A DNA stretch of 47,380 nucleotides, taken from contig CAZOOJ010000024.1 in assembly GCA_964581415.1 (NCBI GenBank), positions 1 through 47,380 on the forward strand, given 5' to 3'. This document shows positions 7,873-16,388 of the stretch, piece by piece. The DNA is from Candidatus Woesearchaeota archaeon. Its GTDB lineage: Archaea; Nanobdellota; Nanobdellia; Pacearchaeales; GW2011-AR1. How positions within the stretch are numbered: the first letter of the stretch is position 1; each line of letters begins with the position of its first letter. Made by a program: the position numbers and the translations under genes. The notes under the pieces were generated by a model. That model did not search any database. It saw only the letters and a program-made list of their open reading frames with translations, and was not told the DNA's origin.

Positions 7873-10800
7873 ATGACACCAAAAAGAACAAAAGAAGAAA
7901 TTTTAGAGAATAAAAAAGAAAACATTCAGGATACTGAAGTTTCTGATGTTATGAGGAAATCGTATCTGGATTATGCTATGAGTGTTATTGTAAGCAGAGC
8001 AATTCCTTCAATTGAAGATGGATTAAAACCAGTTCAGAGGAGAATTCTTTTTTCAATGCATCAAATGGGATTAAAGCCTGGAACAGCCACAAAAAAATCT
8101 GCAAGAATTGTGGGGGATGTTATTGGTAAATATCATCCTCATGGAGATGTTGCTGTTTATGATACGATGGTTAGAATGGCTCAAGACTTTTCTTTGAGAT
8201 ATCCTTTAGTTTTTGGACAAGGAAATTTTGGAAGCATTGATTCAGATCCTCCTGCAGCTTATAGATATTGTGTTTCAGGGGATACACTGGTTGTTACAGA
8301 AAAAGGTCTTAAAAGAATTGATAGAATTTCAGATAGAGAAGAAATTAATATAAAGATTTTATCAAAAGATAAAAAGATTCACTCTGTAAGTAAGTGGTTT
8401 GATTCAGGGATACATGAGACTAAAACACTAACGACAGATAAGGGGTATAAATTGACTGGAAGTTACAATCATCCTGTTTTGACTATAACCTCTGATGAAT
8501 TTGGAAAACCGGTTTTTATGTGGAAGTTATTAGAGCAAATCAAAGAAGGAGATTATGTTGTTTTAGATAGATTAAAAGATAATTTTTGGCCTAAAGAGGA
8601 AGTTGATTTGAAAAATTATTTTCCTGAAATAAAAAGCAAAAAAACAAATAAAAGAATTCTTCCTGAAAAACTGAATAAGGATTTGGCGTTTTTGATTGGT
8701 TCTTTGTTAGCTGAAGGTACTTTAACTAATAAGAATAAAATTGAATTTTGCAATTCAGATGAAGGTTGGATAAACTTATTTGAAGAGAAATGGAAAAAGG
8801 TTTTTTCCGACAGCAAATTGCACAAATTTAAGAGAAAGCCTTCTTCTTACGGGAAGAAAGAATACTGGAGATTGGAATGCCATTGTAGATACACTCTGGG
8901 ATTTTTAAGAAAACTCGGCTTGAGTCCTGTTAAATCAAAAGAAAGAGAAATTCCTTTGTTATTGCTGGAATCTCCTAAGGAAGTTTTAACGGAATTTATT
9001 AAAGCATTTTACGAAGGAGAAGGCGGTTTGGGATATGCTAAAAAGTTCAAGGAAATCCGTCTTTGCTCAAGCAGTGAAAAGATAATTCAGAAAATGCAAA
9101 TTCTTCTACTTAGATATGGCATTAGCTCATTTAAAAGATGGGACAAACATAAAGAATTGCATCTATTGCAAATTAGAGAAAAAAGCAACTTTTTAAGATT
9201 TTATAAGGAGATAGGTTTTATTTCTGAAAGAAAGAATTTCTTATTGGAGTTCATATTATCCACTTATAAAAAAGATTTTTCTCAAAAAGATTATGTGCCT
9301 TTTTTGACAGATTATGCCAGAGGGTTGGCAAAATATGCTGGTAGTGAATTTGTCATGAAAAATAATTTTGACAGATATCAGAATATGAAAAAAAACTACC
9401 AGAAAATCAGTTCTATCATTTATCAAAAAACCAGGGAAGATCTTTCTCTGATTTTTGAATATTTTTTAAATTATAAATATCTATTTGACAGAGTTGCTTC
9501 TATTAAAAATAGCGGAAAACAAAAAGTTTATTCAATTAAGGTTGAAAGTAATTGTCATTCTTTTGTTTCAAATGGGTTTATCAGCCATAATACAGAAGCT
9601 AAATTGTTGCCTATATCTCTAGAACTTCTTCAAGATATTGATAAAGAAACTGTTAAGTTTGTTTCTAATTTCGATAATTCTCTGAAAGAGCCAGAACTTC
9701 TTCCTGGAAAACTTCCTACTTTAATACTGAATGGAGCAACAGGTATTGCTGTTGGAATGGCTACGAATATTCCTTCTCATAATTTAGAGGAAGTTTGCGA
9801 CGCAATAGAAGAATATATTAAAAATCCGAATATAAATATCGAGCAGTTATGCGGAATAATCAAAGGGCCTGATTTTCCTACAGGAGGAAGTATTCAGGGG
9901 GATATGGAGGAAATTTATAAAAAAGGAAAAGGAAAAGTGATTATAAGAGGAAAAACTATTATTGAAAAATCAAAGAATAAAGAACTTCTAATCATTACAG
10001 AAATTCCATATATGCTAAACAAATCCACTTTAGTCAATCATATAGCAAATCTTATTCAATCAAAAAAAATAAAAAATATTTCTGATTTAAGAGATGAAAG
10101 TTCAAAAGGAAAAATAAGAATAGTTCTCGAGCTTAAAAAAGATTCAAATCCTAAATTTATAATAAATTCTTTATATAAATATACGAGATTACAAGATTCA
10201 TTTAATATAAATTTTCTTGCTTTAGTAAAAGGACAGCCTCGACTTCTGAATTTAAAACAAGTTCTTGAGGAATATGTCAATTATAGAAAAGAAATAATCA
10301 CTAAAAGAACAAAATATGAATTAAGAAAAGCAAAAGAGAGAAAAGAAATTGTTGAAGGGCTTTTAATAGCATTAAAAAACATAGACGATATAATAAAATT
10401 AATCAAGTCTTCAAAAAATGCTACAGAAGCTTTAGGCTTCTTAATTGAAAAATTTAAACTAAGCAATAGACAGGCACAAGCTGTTCTTGAAACAAAACTT
10501 CAGCAGTTGACTTCTCTTGAACAGGATAAGCTGAGAAAAGAATCAACAGAATTAGAAAAGAAGATTAATGAATTTGAAAAAATTCTAGCAAATATCTCTG
10601 AAGTTTTAAGCATAATTCTAAAAGAAATTAGAGAGATTAAAAATAAATATGGAAACGGAAGAAGAACAAGTATATTAAAGAGTATAAAAGAGATTAAAGA
10701 GAAAGATTTAATTCAGGAAAAAGAAGTTATTGTTACAATTACTGATAAGGGATATTGCAAAAGAATGGATTTAAAAACATATAGAGAGCAAAAAAGAGGA

Positions 10801-11667
10801 GGAAGAGGAATTATTGGAAGCGGACTGACAACAGGAGATTTCGTAAAAAAAATAATAACATGTTCAACTTATGATTATCTGTTGTTCTTTACAACAAGAG
10901 GAAGAGTTTTGTGGTTAAAAACTTATGAACTTCCTGCAGTAGAAAGACAAAGCAAGGGAAAAGCATTAATCAATCTTTTAGGATTAAAGGACGAATCTAT
11001 TACGAATGTAATTCCTGTTAAAAAATTTGAAGGAGATTTATTTATGGCAACAAAAAAAGGAATTGTTAAAAAAATTTCATTAAATTACTTTTCAAAACCA
11101 AGGGCTTCTGGAATTCGGGCAATTAATCTTCCTGCAGACGATTCTGATTTTCTTATTGGTGTTAAGATTTTAAATAAGAAAGACGAAGTTTTTTTAGCAA
11201 CTAAAAAAGGAAAAGCAATTCGTTTTAACAGTGAAGATATAAGGAATATGGGAAGAACCAGTTATGGAGTTACAGGAATCAAATTAGATAAGGATGATAA
11301 AGTAGTCAGTTTAGAGCTTTTAAATACAGGCTCAATAATGACTGTCACAAGAGGTGGTTATGGAAAAAGAACAGCAATAAAAGATTATAGAAAAACAGCA
11401 AGAGCAGGAAAAGGAATCATAAATCTAAAAGTTACTGAAAGAACAGGAGAAGTTGTTACAACATCTACTGTAAATGATAAAGACAGTATTATAATCACAA
11501 CTGCAAAAGGAATTGTGATAAGAACTTCTCTAAAGAATATAAGAGTTATAGGAAGAGCAACTCAGGGAGTTCGAGTGGTTAAATTACAGCAGGGAGATTA
11601 TGTTACTGATTTACTAAGAGTCCCTGAGAAAGAAATTAGTGAAATTGAAAGTGTTGAGAGTGAATGA
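7873..11667 (+). CDS. gyrA: DNA gyrase subunit A, interrupted by an intein (residues 133-573 from the 7873 start)
   Basis: [30 protein letters not shown], active-site context PPAAYRY|...|TEAKLLP, and a C-terminal beta-pinwheel repeat region. The alternative upstream start at 7846 overlaps the preceding ORF. The 7873 ATG gives the TAAAATG junction. Confidence 0.95.
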   Translation: MTPKRTKEEILENKKENIQDTEVSDVMRKSYLDYAMSVIVSRAIPSIEDGLKPVQRRILFSMHQMGLKPGTATKKSARIVGDVIGKYHPHGDVAVYDTMVRMAQDFSLRYPLVFGQGNFGSIDSDPPAAYRYCVSGDTLVVTEKGLKRIDRISDREEINIKILSKDKKIHSVSKWFDSGIHETKTLTTDKGYKLTGSYNHPVLTITSDEFGKPVFMWKLLEQIKEGDYVVLDRLKDNFWPKEEVDLKNYFPEIKSKKTNKRILPEKLNKDLAFLIGSLLAEGTLTNKNKIEFCNSDEGWINLFEEKWKKVFSDSKLHKFKRKPSSYGKKEYWRLECHCRYTLGFLRKLGLSPVKSKEREIPLLLLESPKEVLTEFIKAFYEGEGGLGYAKKFKEIRLCSSSEKIIQKMQILLLRYGISSFKRWDKHKELHLLQIREKSNFLRFYKEIGFISERKNFLLEFILSTYKKDFSQKDYVPFLTDYARGLAKYAGSEFVMKNNFDRYQNMKKNYQKISSIIYQKTREDLSLIFEYFLNYKYLFDRVASIKNSGKQKVYSIKVESNCHSFVSNGFISHNTEAKLLPISLELLQDIDKETVKFVSNFDNSLKEPELLPGKLPTLILNGATGIAVGMATNIPSHNLEEVCDAIEEYIKNPNINIEQLCGIIKGPDFPTGGSIQGDMEEIYKKGKGKVIIRGKTIIEKSKNKELLIITEIPYMLNKSTLVNHIANLIQSKKIKNISDLRDESSKGKIRIVLELKKDSNPKFIINSLYKYTRLQDSFNINFLALVKGQPRLLNLKQVLEEYVNYRKEIITKRTKYELRKAKERKEIVEGLLIALKNIDDIIKLIKSSKNATEALGFLIEKFKLSNRQAQAVLETKLQQLTSLEQDKLRKESTELEKKINEFEKILANISEVLSIILKEIREIKNKYGNGRRTSILKSIKEIKEKDLIQEKEVIVTITDKGYCKRMDLKTYREQKRGGRGIIGSGLTTGDFVKKIITCSTYDYLLFFTTRGRVLWLKTYELPAVERQSKGKALINLLGLKDESITNVIPVKKFEGDLFMATKKGIVKKISLNYFSKPRASGIRAINLPADDSDFLIGVKILNKKDEVFLATKKGKAIRFNSEDIRNMGRTSYGVTGIKLDKDDKVVSLELLNTGSIMTVTRGGYGKRTAIKDYRKTARAGKGIINLKVTERTGEVVTTSTVNDKDSIIITTAKGIVIRTSLKNIRVIGRATQGVRVVKLQQGDYVTDLLRVPEKEISEIESVESE
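8269..9591 (+). mobile_element. GyrA intein (441 aa) with a LAGLIDADG homing endonuclease domain
   Basis: Inserted directly after the catalytic-Tyr motif (AYRY|C ... SHN|TEAKL). Block A is [13 protein letters not shown]. Two LAGLIDADG-type helices are [14 protein letters not shown] and [12 protein letters not shown]. The terminal part reads [22 protein letters not shown]. Confidence 0.9.
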
Positions 11668-11896
11668 TATATCTCGGAGAATAGGATTTTGAGAAATTTT
11701 CTTAAAATAAAACAACTTATGTTAGAATTTGATTAATATATCTCTGATAATAGAAATGATTTTAAATTTTTTATGAGATTGAGCTATATGAAATTAGAGG
11801 AGTTAAGAGAAATAATTAAAAGACAGGCAGATATTTAATGCTACTAAAAAATCTGTTGATAATTTAGGAAGGAATTAAAGAAAATTATGTAAAAAT

Positions 11897-12718
11897 CTAA
11901 TTCTGATTTAGTTTCTGATTTTCTCCATTATTATTCTCTTTATTTTCAGAATTCCATACAGGACAAATTTTTTTATATTCACACCAATCGCATAATTTTG
12001 AAGGGCATGGTGGAAAATTCTCAGCAGATTCAATTTTCTCAATTATTTCTAAAATTTCTTTTTTTAAATTTTCCAACTGTTCTTCTGTTCTTTTTGAAAT
12101 TATTTTTTTATTATGTGCTAAATAATGCCAGACAAGAGTAATGTCTTTATTCTTTCCAAATTCTTCTTTAATTGCCAAAGAATAAAGTGCTAACTGCCTG
12201 TCATTGTCAATATCTTTTTGCATTGGAAGATTATTTGCTGTTTTATAATCATGAATTTCAATTTTTTTATTTTCAGAATTCTGAACTAATCTATCAATAT
12301 ATCCTATTAATTTTTTATTTTCTCCTAACATAATCTCTACTTTCTTTTCTGTTTCAATCGTATTGTCTTCAAAAGGATAATTCTGAGTGTAATAATTCAT
12401 TAAAAATTTTATTCCTTTATTAAAATAATCTTTTGAATTAAGATCCTTCTTTACTATTTTTATATTTTCATTGTAATTTTCTTTCCAACAATCTGAATAA
12501 ATTGTTATTATTTCATCAATAGAAGGATTTTTTCCTAATTTTTTTTCATTATAAAGATATTCTAAAACAGAATGAACACAAAAACCAAGAAGAGCTTCAA
12601 TACTTCTTTCTAAAATTTTAATTTTATCAATATATTTGAATTTAAATTTTAAAGGACATTGTTCAAAACAACTTATCTTTGAATGAGAATAAATATTGTT
12701 ATTTTTTTTATTTTGCAT
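11897..12718 (-). CDS. PD-(D/E)XK nuclease, Cas4/RecB-like, with a 4-Cys cluster
   Basis: N-terminal Cys in SCFEQCPLKF plus C-terminal CPSKLCDWCEYKKICP (Cas4/AddB-type Cys arrangement). Nuclease core GYIDRL ... IHDYKT ... QLALY. Confidence 0.7.
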   Translation of the reverse strand: MQNKKNNNIYSHSKISCFEQCPLKFKFKYIDKIKILERSIEALLGFCVHSVLEYLYNEKKLGKNPSIDEIITIYSDCWKENYNENIKIVKKDLNSKDYFNKGIKFLMNYYTQNYPFEDNTIETEKKVEIMLGENKKLIGYIDRLVQNSENKKIEIHDYKTANNLPMQKDIDNDRQLALYSLAIKEEFGKNKDITLVWHYLAHNKKIISKRTEEQLENLKKEILEIIEKIESAENFPPCPSKLCDWCEYKKICPVWNSENKENNNGENQKLNQN

Positions 12719-12749
12719 AAATAATTTCAGAAAGAGATAGTTATAAACT

Positions 12750-13403
12750 TTATTGGAGTTTATTTATTTTAAATGAAAACTTTTCTATTATCTTCATAAG
12801 ATATCCTTTTTTATTTTCCTTAATATAAAAATATCCTATTATAGAACCTATCAAAGCACCTATACTATTCACTATTAAGTCAGTCATTGTATCAATTAAT
12901 CCGCTATTATCTCCCAACATTGACTTTTGCATATTAAAATTAAATATCTGGTCTATTGCAAATTCAAATATTTCCCATATAACTCCTATTGAAACTGCGA
13001 AAGAGAAAGCAAGCAAACATATCCAAAAGGGTTTTGCTTTTATTTTCTTTTTTTCATATATAATGAATATTATTGTTAATCCAATCATTCCAAGAGCCAT
13101 TGCTGACCAGAAATGAAGGAAAATATCCCACCACCAAATTTTCAAATAAAACTTCTGAACTTCTCCAAGATAAAGTGCTGCATAAATAAATAATACAATC
13201 AATATTTCGAAGATTTCAGGAATATCTATTTTATATCTTTTTTCAACTAAAAAAGGAAGGAAAGTTAATATTATTGTTAGAGAAGTGATAAATAATGTAA
13301 ACCATCTTTTTTCATAAACCTCTATGAATAATGCAATAATCAAAGAAATTCTTATTGCTATCAGCAGATATTTATTTATTTTTTTAATTGAATCTTCTTT
13401 CAT
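12750..13403 (-). CDS. Polytopic membrane protein (possibly YjdF/DUF2238-like)
   Basis: 217-aa ORF with about 6 hydrophobic helices. Motifs DIFLHFWSAMALG and WEIFEFAIDQ...DTMTDLIVNSIGALIGS resemble my recollection of YjdF-type proteins. The family call is tentative. Confidence 0.6.
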   Translation of the reverse strand: MKEDSIKKINKYLLIAIRISLIIALFIEVYEKRWFTLFITSLTIILTFLPFLVEKRYKIDIPEIFEILIVLFIYAALYLGEVQKFYLKIWWWDIFLHFWSAMALGMIGLTIIFIIYEKKKIKAKPFWICLLAFSFAVSIGVIWEIFEFAIDQIFNFNMQKSMLGDNSGLIDTMTDLIVNSIGALIGSIIGYFYIKENKKGYLMKIIEKFSFKINKLQ

Positions 13404-13440
13404 AAAGGAGAAGAGTTTAACTAATTTAAAATATTTTTGT

Positions 13441-13937
13441 TTATTAGCTTTGGGAAGTTCTTCTAAAAGAAAACAAATTATTTTATTTTTGAGTTATTAA
13501 TTAACACTGAATTTATAAATAGAAATTAAGCTATTTCTTTGATAGATTGCTTCTGATAATTTATTTTTAAGAAATTAAATTCTATAGAAATTATTATTAT
13601 TATTATTAGATAAAATTTTATGAGTAAAAATAGAGTTTTATCAAAGACAGTTTATTAATAGAAAAATTAAATTATTTGTAAAATTTATTTTAAATAGTTG
13701 CTGCAAATACTGTAATCCATGTAGTTTTATGTCCTGTAGGAGAATCATCAGGAATAGTTATATTTATATCAATATCTAAAGAATCACTAGTGTCTATATA
13801 ACCAAAATTATCACAAGCTTCTTGAGCTGAGCCTGTTGTTTCAGTATATGTTTCTAAACTATTAGTTCCAGAACAAGAACCAGATTCATTATCTGAAAGT
13901 TTTATTTTATAAGAAGGGTCTGTTCCTTCAATAAAAT
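13441..13937. repeat. Arm B of the inverted segmental duplication (partner 1..487)
   Basis: See arm A. It covers the 3' 248 nt of ORF 13690..14280 plus the adjacent non-coding 13441..13689. Confidence 0.85.
13447..13649. repeat. MITE-like intergenic repeat, copy B
   Basis: gctttgggaagttcttctaaaagaaaac ... gttttatcaaagac. It contains an (att)n expansion relative to copy A. Confidence 0.65.
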
Positions 13938-14280
13938 CAGCTGCAGTATCTGTAGTAATATTAAATGTTAAATTATAGTTTCCTTTATTTTCAAGAACAA
14001 GAGGATGATTTACAGGAGTCCAATTTCCATGAATCACATTTCCTTTTGTATCTAAATAAGCAAAATCCTCTCCACCATCTACTCTTCCTGAACCCCAATT
14101 AATATCATCTATTATAAATTCCAAACCTGCTGTTGCTAAAACAGTAATATTAACAGAACCTTTCTCAGTCTGAGATGTGAATCCTGTAAAATCTGTTCTA
14201 TCTATTACAAAAAATAAACTTAATCCAGAAATTGCAACTGCAATTATTGCTGCAATTAGTAACATATCTATTTTTTCCAT
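13690..14280 (-). CDS. Secreted/anchored beta-rich protein, unknown family (last gene of the surface operon)
   Basis: 196-aa ORF. N-terminal hydrophobic segment LLIAAIIAVAISGLSLFFVI, then a strand-like pattern (SVNITVLATAGLEFIIDDINWGSG...LVLENKGNYNLTFNITT). It has a paralog at 1..248. Confidence 0.7.
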   Translation of the reverse strand: MEKIDMLLIAAIIAVAISGLSLFFVIDRTDFTGFTSQTEKGSVNITVLATAGLEFIIDDINWGSGRVDGGEDFAYLDTKGNVIHGNWTPVNHPLVLENKGNYNLTFNITTDTAADFIEGTDPSYKIKLSDNESGSCSGTNSLETYTETTGSAQEACDNFGYIDTSDSLDIDINITIPDDSPTGHKTTWITVFAATI

Positions 14281-14282
14281 TT

Positions 14283-14468
14283 TTAAGTAGAAGAATCTCC
14301 ATCAGAAGGCAAAATATCCAAAGTCAATTTTCCTTTATTAGGAATCTCTTCGTTTTCTGTTTCTGATAAATCAATTTTAGTTTCAAGAGCTGAATTTAAC
14401 AAAATACTTGATAGAGAAAAGACAAGAACCAAGATTAATAAAACAGTCACCAATTTTTTTTTATTCAT
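14283..14468 (-). CDS. Very small secreted protein (61 aa)
   Basis: Signal-like MNKKKLVTVLLILVLVFSLSSILLNSA. Its stop lies 2 nt before the next start. Short, so less certain. Confidence 0.45.
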   Translation of the reverse strand: MNKKKLVTVLLILVLVFSLSSILLNSALETKIDLSETENEEIPNKGKLTLDILPSDGDSST

Positions 14469-14585
14469 TTTATTATCACTCTTATTAAAAAGTAATCTTT
14501 TATATTTATAAATTTATTTGTTATGTAATATACTTTAATCTTTTATGCTTATAAGTTTATTTGGAAAATACAAAAAAGTATAGAA

Positions 14586-15893
14586 TTATTTTTTCTTTTT
14601 CTTCAATTTTTTCACTATAACAAACCAAACAATATTTGCAATAATTAATAAACCTACAATAATTAATAATAGATTAACTAGATTAAATTCCTCTCCTCCT
14701 TCTTCAATTACATATCCTGTCAATCCTAAAACCTCTATGCTGTTTTCATTAACCTTAATCTTAACATTTCTTTCATATTCTTCTCCTTCATATATCAGAA
14801 TTACTTTTGAATCATATAAGCCTTTCTCAATCTTTTTTGTATCCCAGTAAGCAATTATATTTGTCCTGCTTTTTGCTGGAATATCATAATCTACTGATTT
14901 AAAATCTGCTAAGATATTTCCTTCTTCTGCGTAAACTATCATTTGAACAGAAACATCTTTTATTTCTTCAGGCCAATTATTTTTAACTAAAAAGTTAAAT
15001 TTAGCTATTTCTCCTAATGTAAAATCATCAACAGTTATCACTTCAATTTCAAGTTTTAAAGTTCCAACTTTAAAGTTCTTCTCGATAATTTTCTCATTTC
15101 CGTCATAATTCAGAGTTAATTTTGCATTATAATCTCCGAATTCAGCATCCTGCCATTTTGCTATAAGTTCTTCTCTTCTTCCAGATTCTAAAGAAATTGG
15201 ATCTATTTCAATTTTTTTTACAACTTCTGTTCCTGAATAAATTTCTATAGAAGATTCAATTGAATTAATATTCTGTTTTCCTCTGTTTGTTATAGGTATA
15301 TAAAATGAGACAGTCTCCTCTTCTTCTAAAATATCAAGAGAACAATCAATATATTTTCCTGGATAAGGAACATGAACATAAAGCTGACTTATAACTGCAA
15401 CTGTTGCTCCAATAACTGCTCCTTCTTCTCCTGCTCCCTCAGGAACTTCTAAAGCAACTATTTCAGCAGTATGCAAACCAGGAGTAAGTTCAAAATCTTT
15501 TGGAAATTTTAGATTATAAGAAAAAGTTTTTTCCTTTTCATTTTCTGAAAAAAATAATTTATCTTCTTTTAATTCTACTTTATCTTTTAATTCTCCTTTA
15601 GCATATAAAGTAACTTCCATATTTTTATTTTCTGTATTTATCACTGAAACTGAAACCTCTCTTTCTAAACTATCCTCAAAATTCAGAGTTGTTCTTCCAG
15701 GACTTATACCTAATGAAGAAATCAGAGGCATAATCAATAAAAATAATATAGGAATTATCATTATAAAAAATAATTTAAAATTAGTATTAGAAAATTTCTT
15801 AACTATATTACTCTCTAAACCTCTTTCCTCCTTGATATAACTAAATTCATTAGCCTCTTTTCTATTAAATTTATTAAATATTTTACACTTCAT
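14586..15893 (-). CDS. Cell-surface protein with beta-sandwich (CARDB/NEW3-like) repeats and a C-terminal TM anchor; paralog of 657..1853
   Basis: 435-aa ORF. Hydrophobic segment FFIMIIPILFLLIMPLISSLG, then ISPGRTTLNF. VPYPGKYIDCSL. C-terminal TM LLLIIVGLLIIANIVWFVIV followed by KKLKKKKK. The true start may be an internal Met. Confidence 0.8.
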   Translation of the reverse strand: MKCKIFNKFNRKEANEFSYIKEERGLESNIVKKFSNTNFKLFFIMIIPILFLLIMPLISSLGISPGRTTLNFEDSLEREVSVSVINTENKNMEVTLYAKGELKDKVELKEDKLFFSENEKEKTFSYNLKFPKDFELTPGLHTAEIVALEVPEGAGEEGAVIGATVAVISQLYVHVPYPGKYIDCSLDILEEEETVSFYIPITNRGKQNINSIESSIEIYSGTEVVKKIEIDPISLESGRREELIAKWQDAEFGDYNAKLTLNYDGNEKIIEKNFKVGTLKLEIEVITVDDFTLGEIAKFNFLVKNNWPEEIKDVSVQMIVYAEEGNILADFKSVDYDIPAKSRTNIIAYWDTKKIEKGLYDSKVILIYEGEEYERNVKIKVNENSIEVLGLTGYVIEEGGEEFNLVNLLLIIVGLLIIANIVWFVIVKKLKKKKK

Positions 15894-16387
15894 TTCATTT
15901 CTCCTTCATAAATGGAATTATCTTTTTCAAAAAAATCTGATTGCCCCATATCTATAATTATATTTGCTATTTTTTTCTCTCCAATTTTTGTAATGTTCAA
16001 ATTTACATTTCCTGCATTTTCAAGCTCATAAGAATTGTGATATTCTTTAAGATTCAAAGCGACTAATTCTCTGATAGTAAAATTTCTGATTTCACTTTCT
16101 CTAAATTCGTTCCTTGCTTTCCAAAAATAAGTTCCAGGCTCTAAAAGAATTTCCTCATCTTTTTTTAGAATTATCTGCTCTGTAAAATTCTTGTCCTTTG
16201 AAATTAATATTTCTTCAGCATTTTTTATTTCAAAATCAAGATTAGGTTCTTTTATTACCATTCCTGCTAAAGGATAAATTTGATTTGGAGATGCAAATAG
16301 AAAAATATAAACTAAAATTCCAATTACAAAAACTCCTTCTATAATCAGTATTTTTTTTGTTTTAGTCATTCTTCTAAATTTTTTCAT
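15890..16387 (-). CDS. N-terminally anchored small protein, unknown family
   Basis: 165-aa ORF. TM ILIIEGVFVIGILVYIFLFA. ATGA overlap with the downstream gene and a TAAAATG junction with the upstream gene. Confidence 0.6.
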   Translation of the reverse strand: MKKFRRMTKTKKILIIEGVFVIGILVYIFLFASPNQIYPLAGMVIKEPNLDFEIKNAEEILISKDKNFTEQIILKKDEEILLEPGTYFWKARNEFRESEIRNFTIRELVALNLKEYHNSYELENAGNVNLNITKIGEKKIANIIIDMGQSDFFEKDNSIYEGEMK

Positions 16388-16388
16388 T

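Noticed and set aside
5302-10466. Short ORFs inside or antisense to gyrB and gyrA (5302..5502, 5987..6271, 7613..7891, 8616..8825, 10056..10280, 10281..10466)
   Set aside because: They are embedded in the gyrase/intein reading frames, which have clear motif support. These are alternative-frame artefacts of K/E/N-rich coding sequence.
11897-12718. Cas4-like nuclease as evidence of a CRISPR-Cas locus
   Set aside because: There is no array and no other cas genes in the window. Solo Cas4/RecB-like nucleases are common outside CRISPR contexts.
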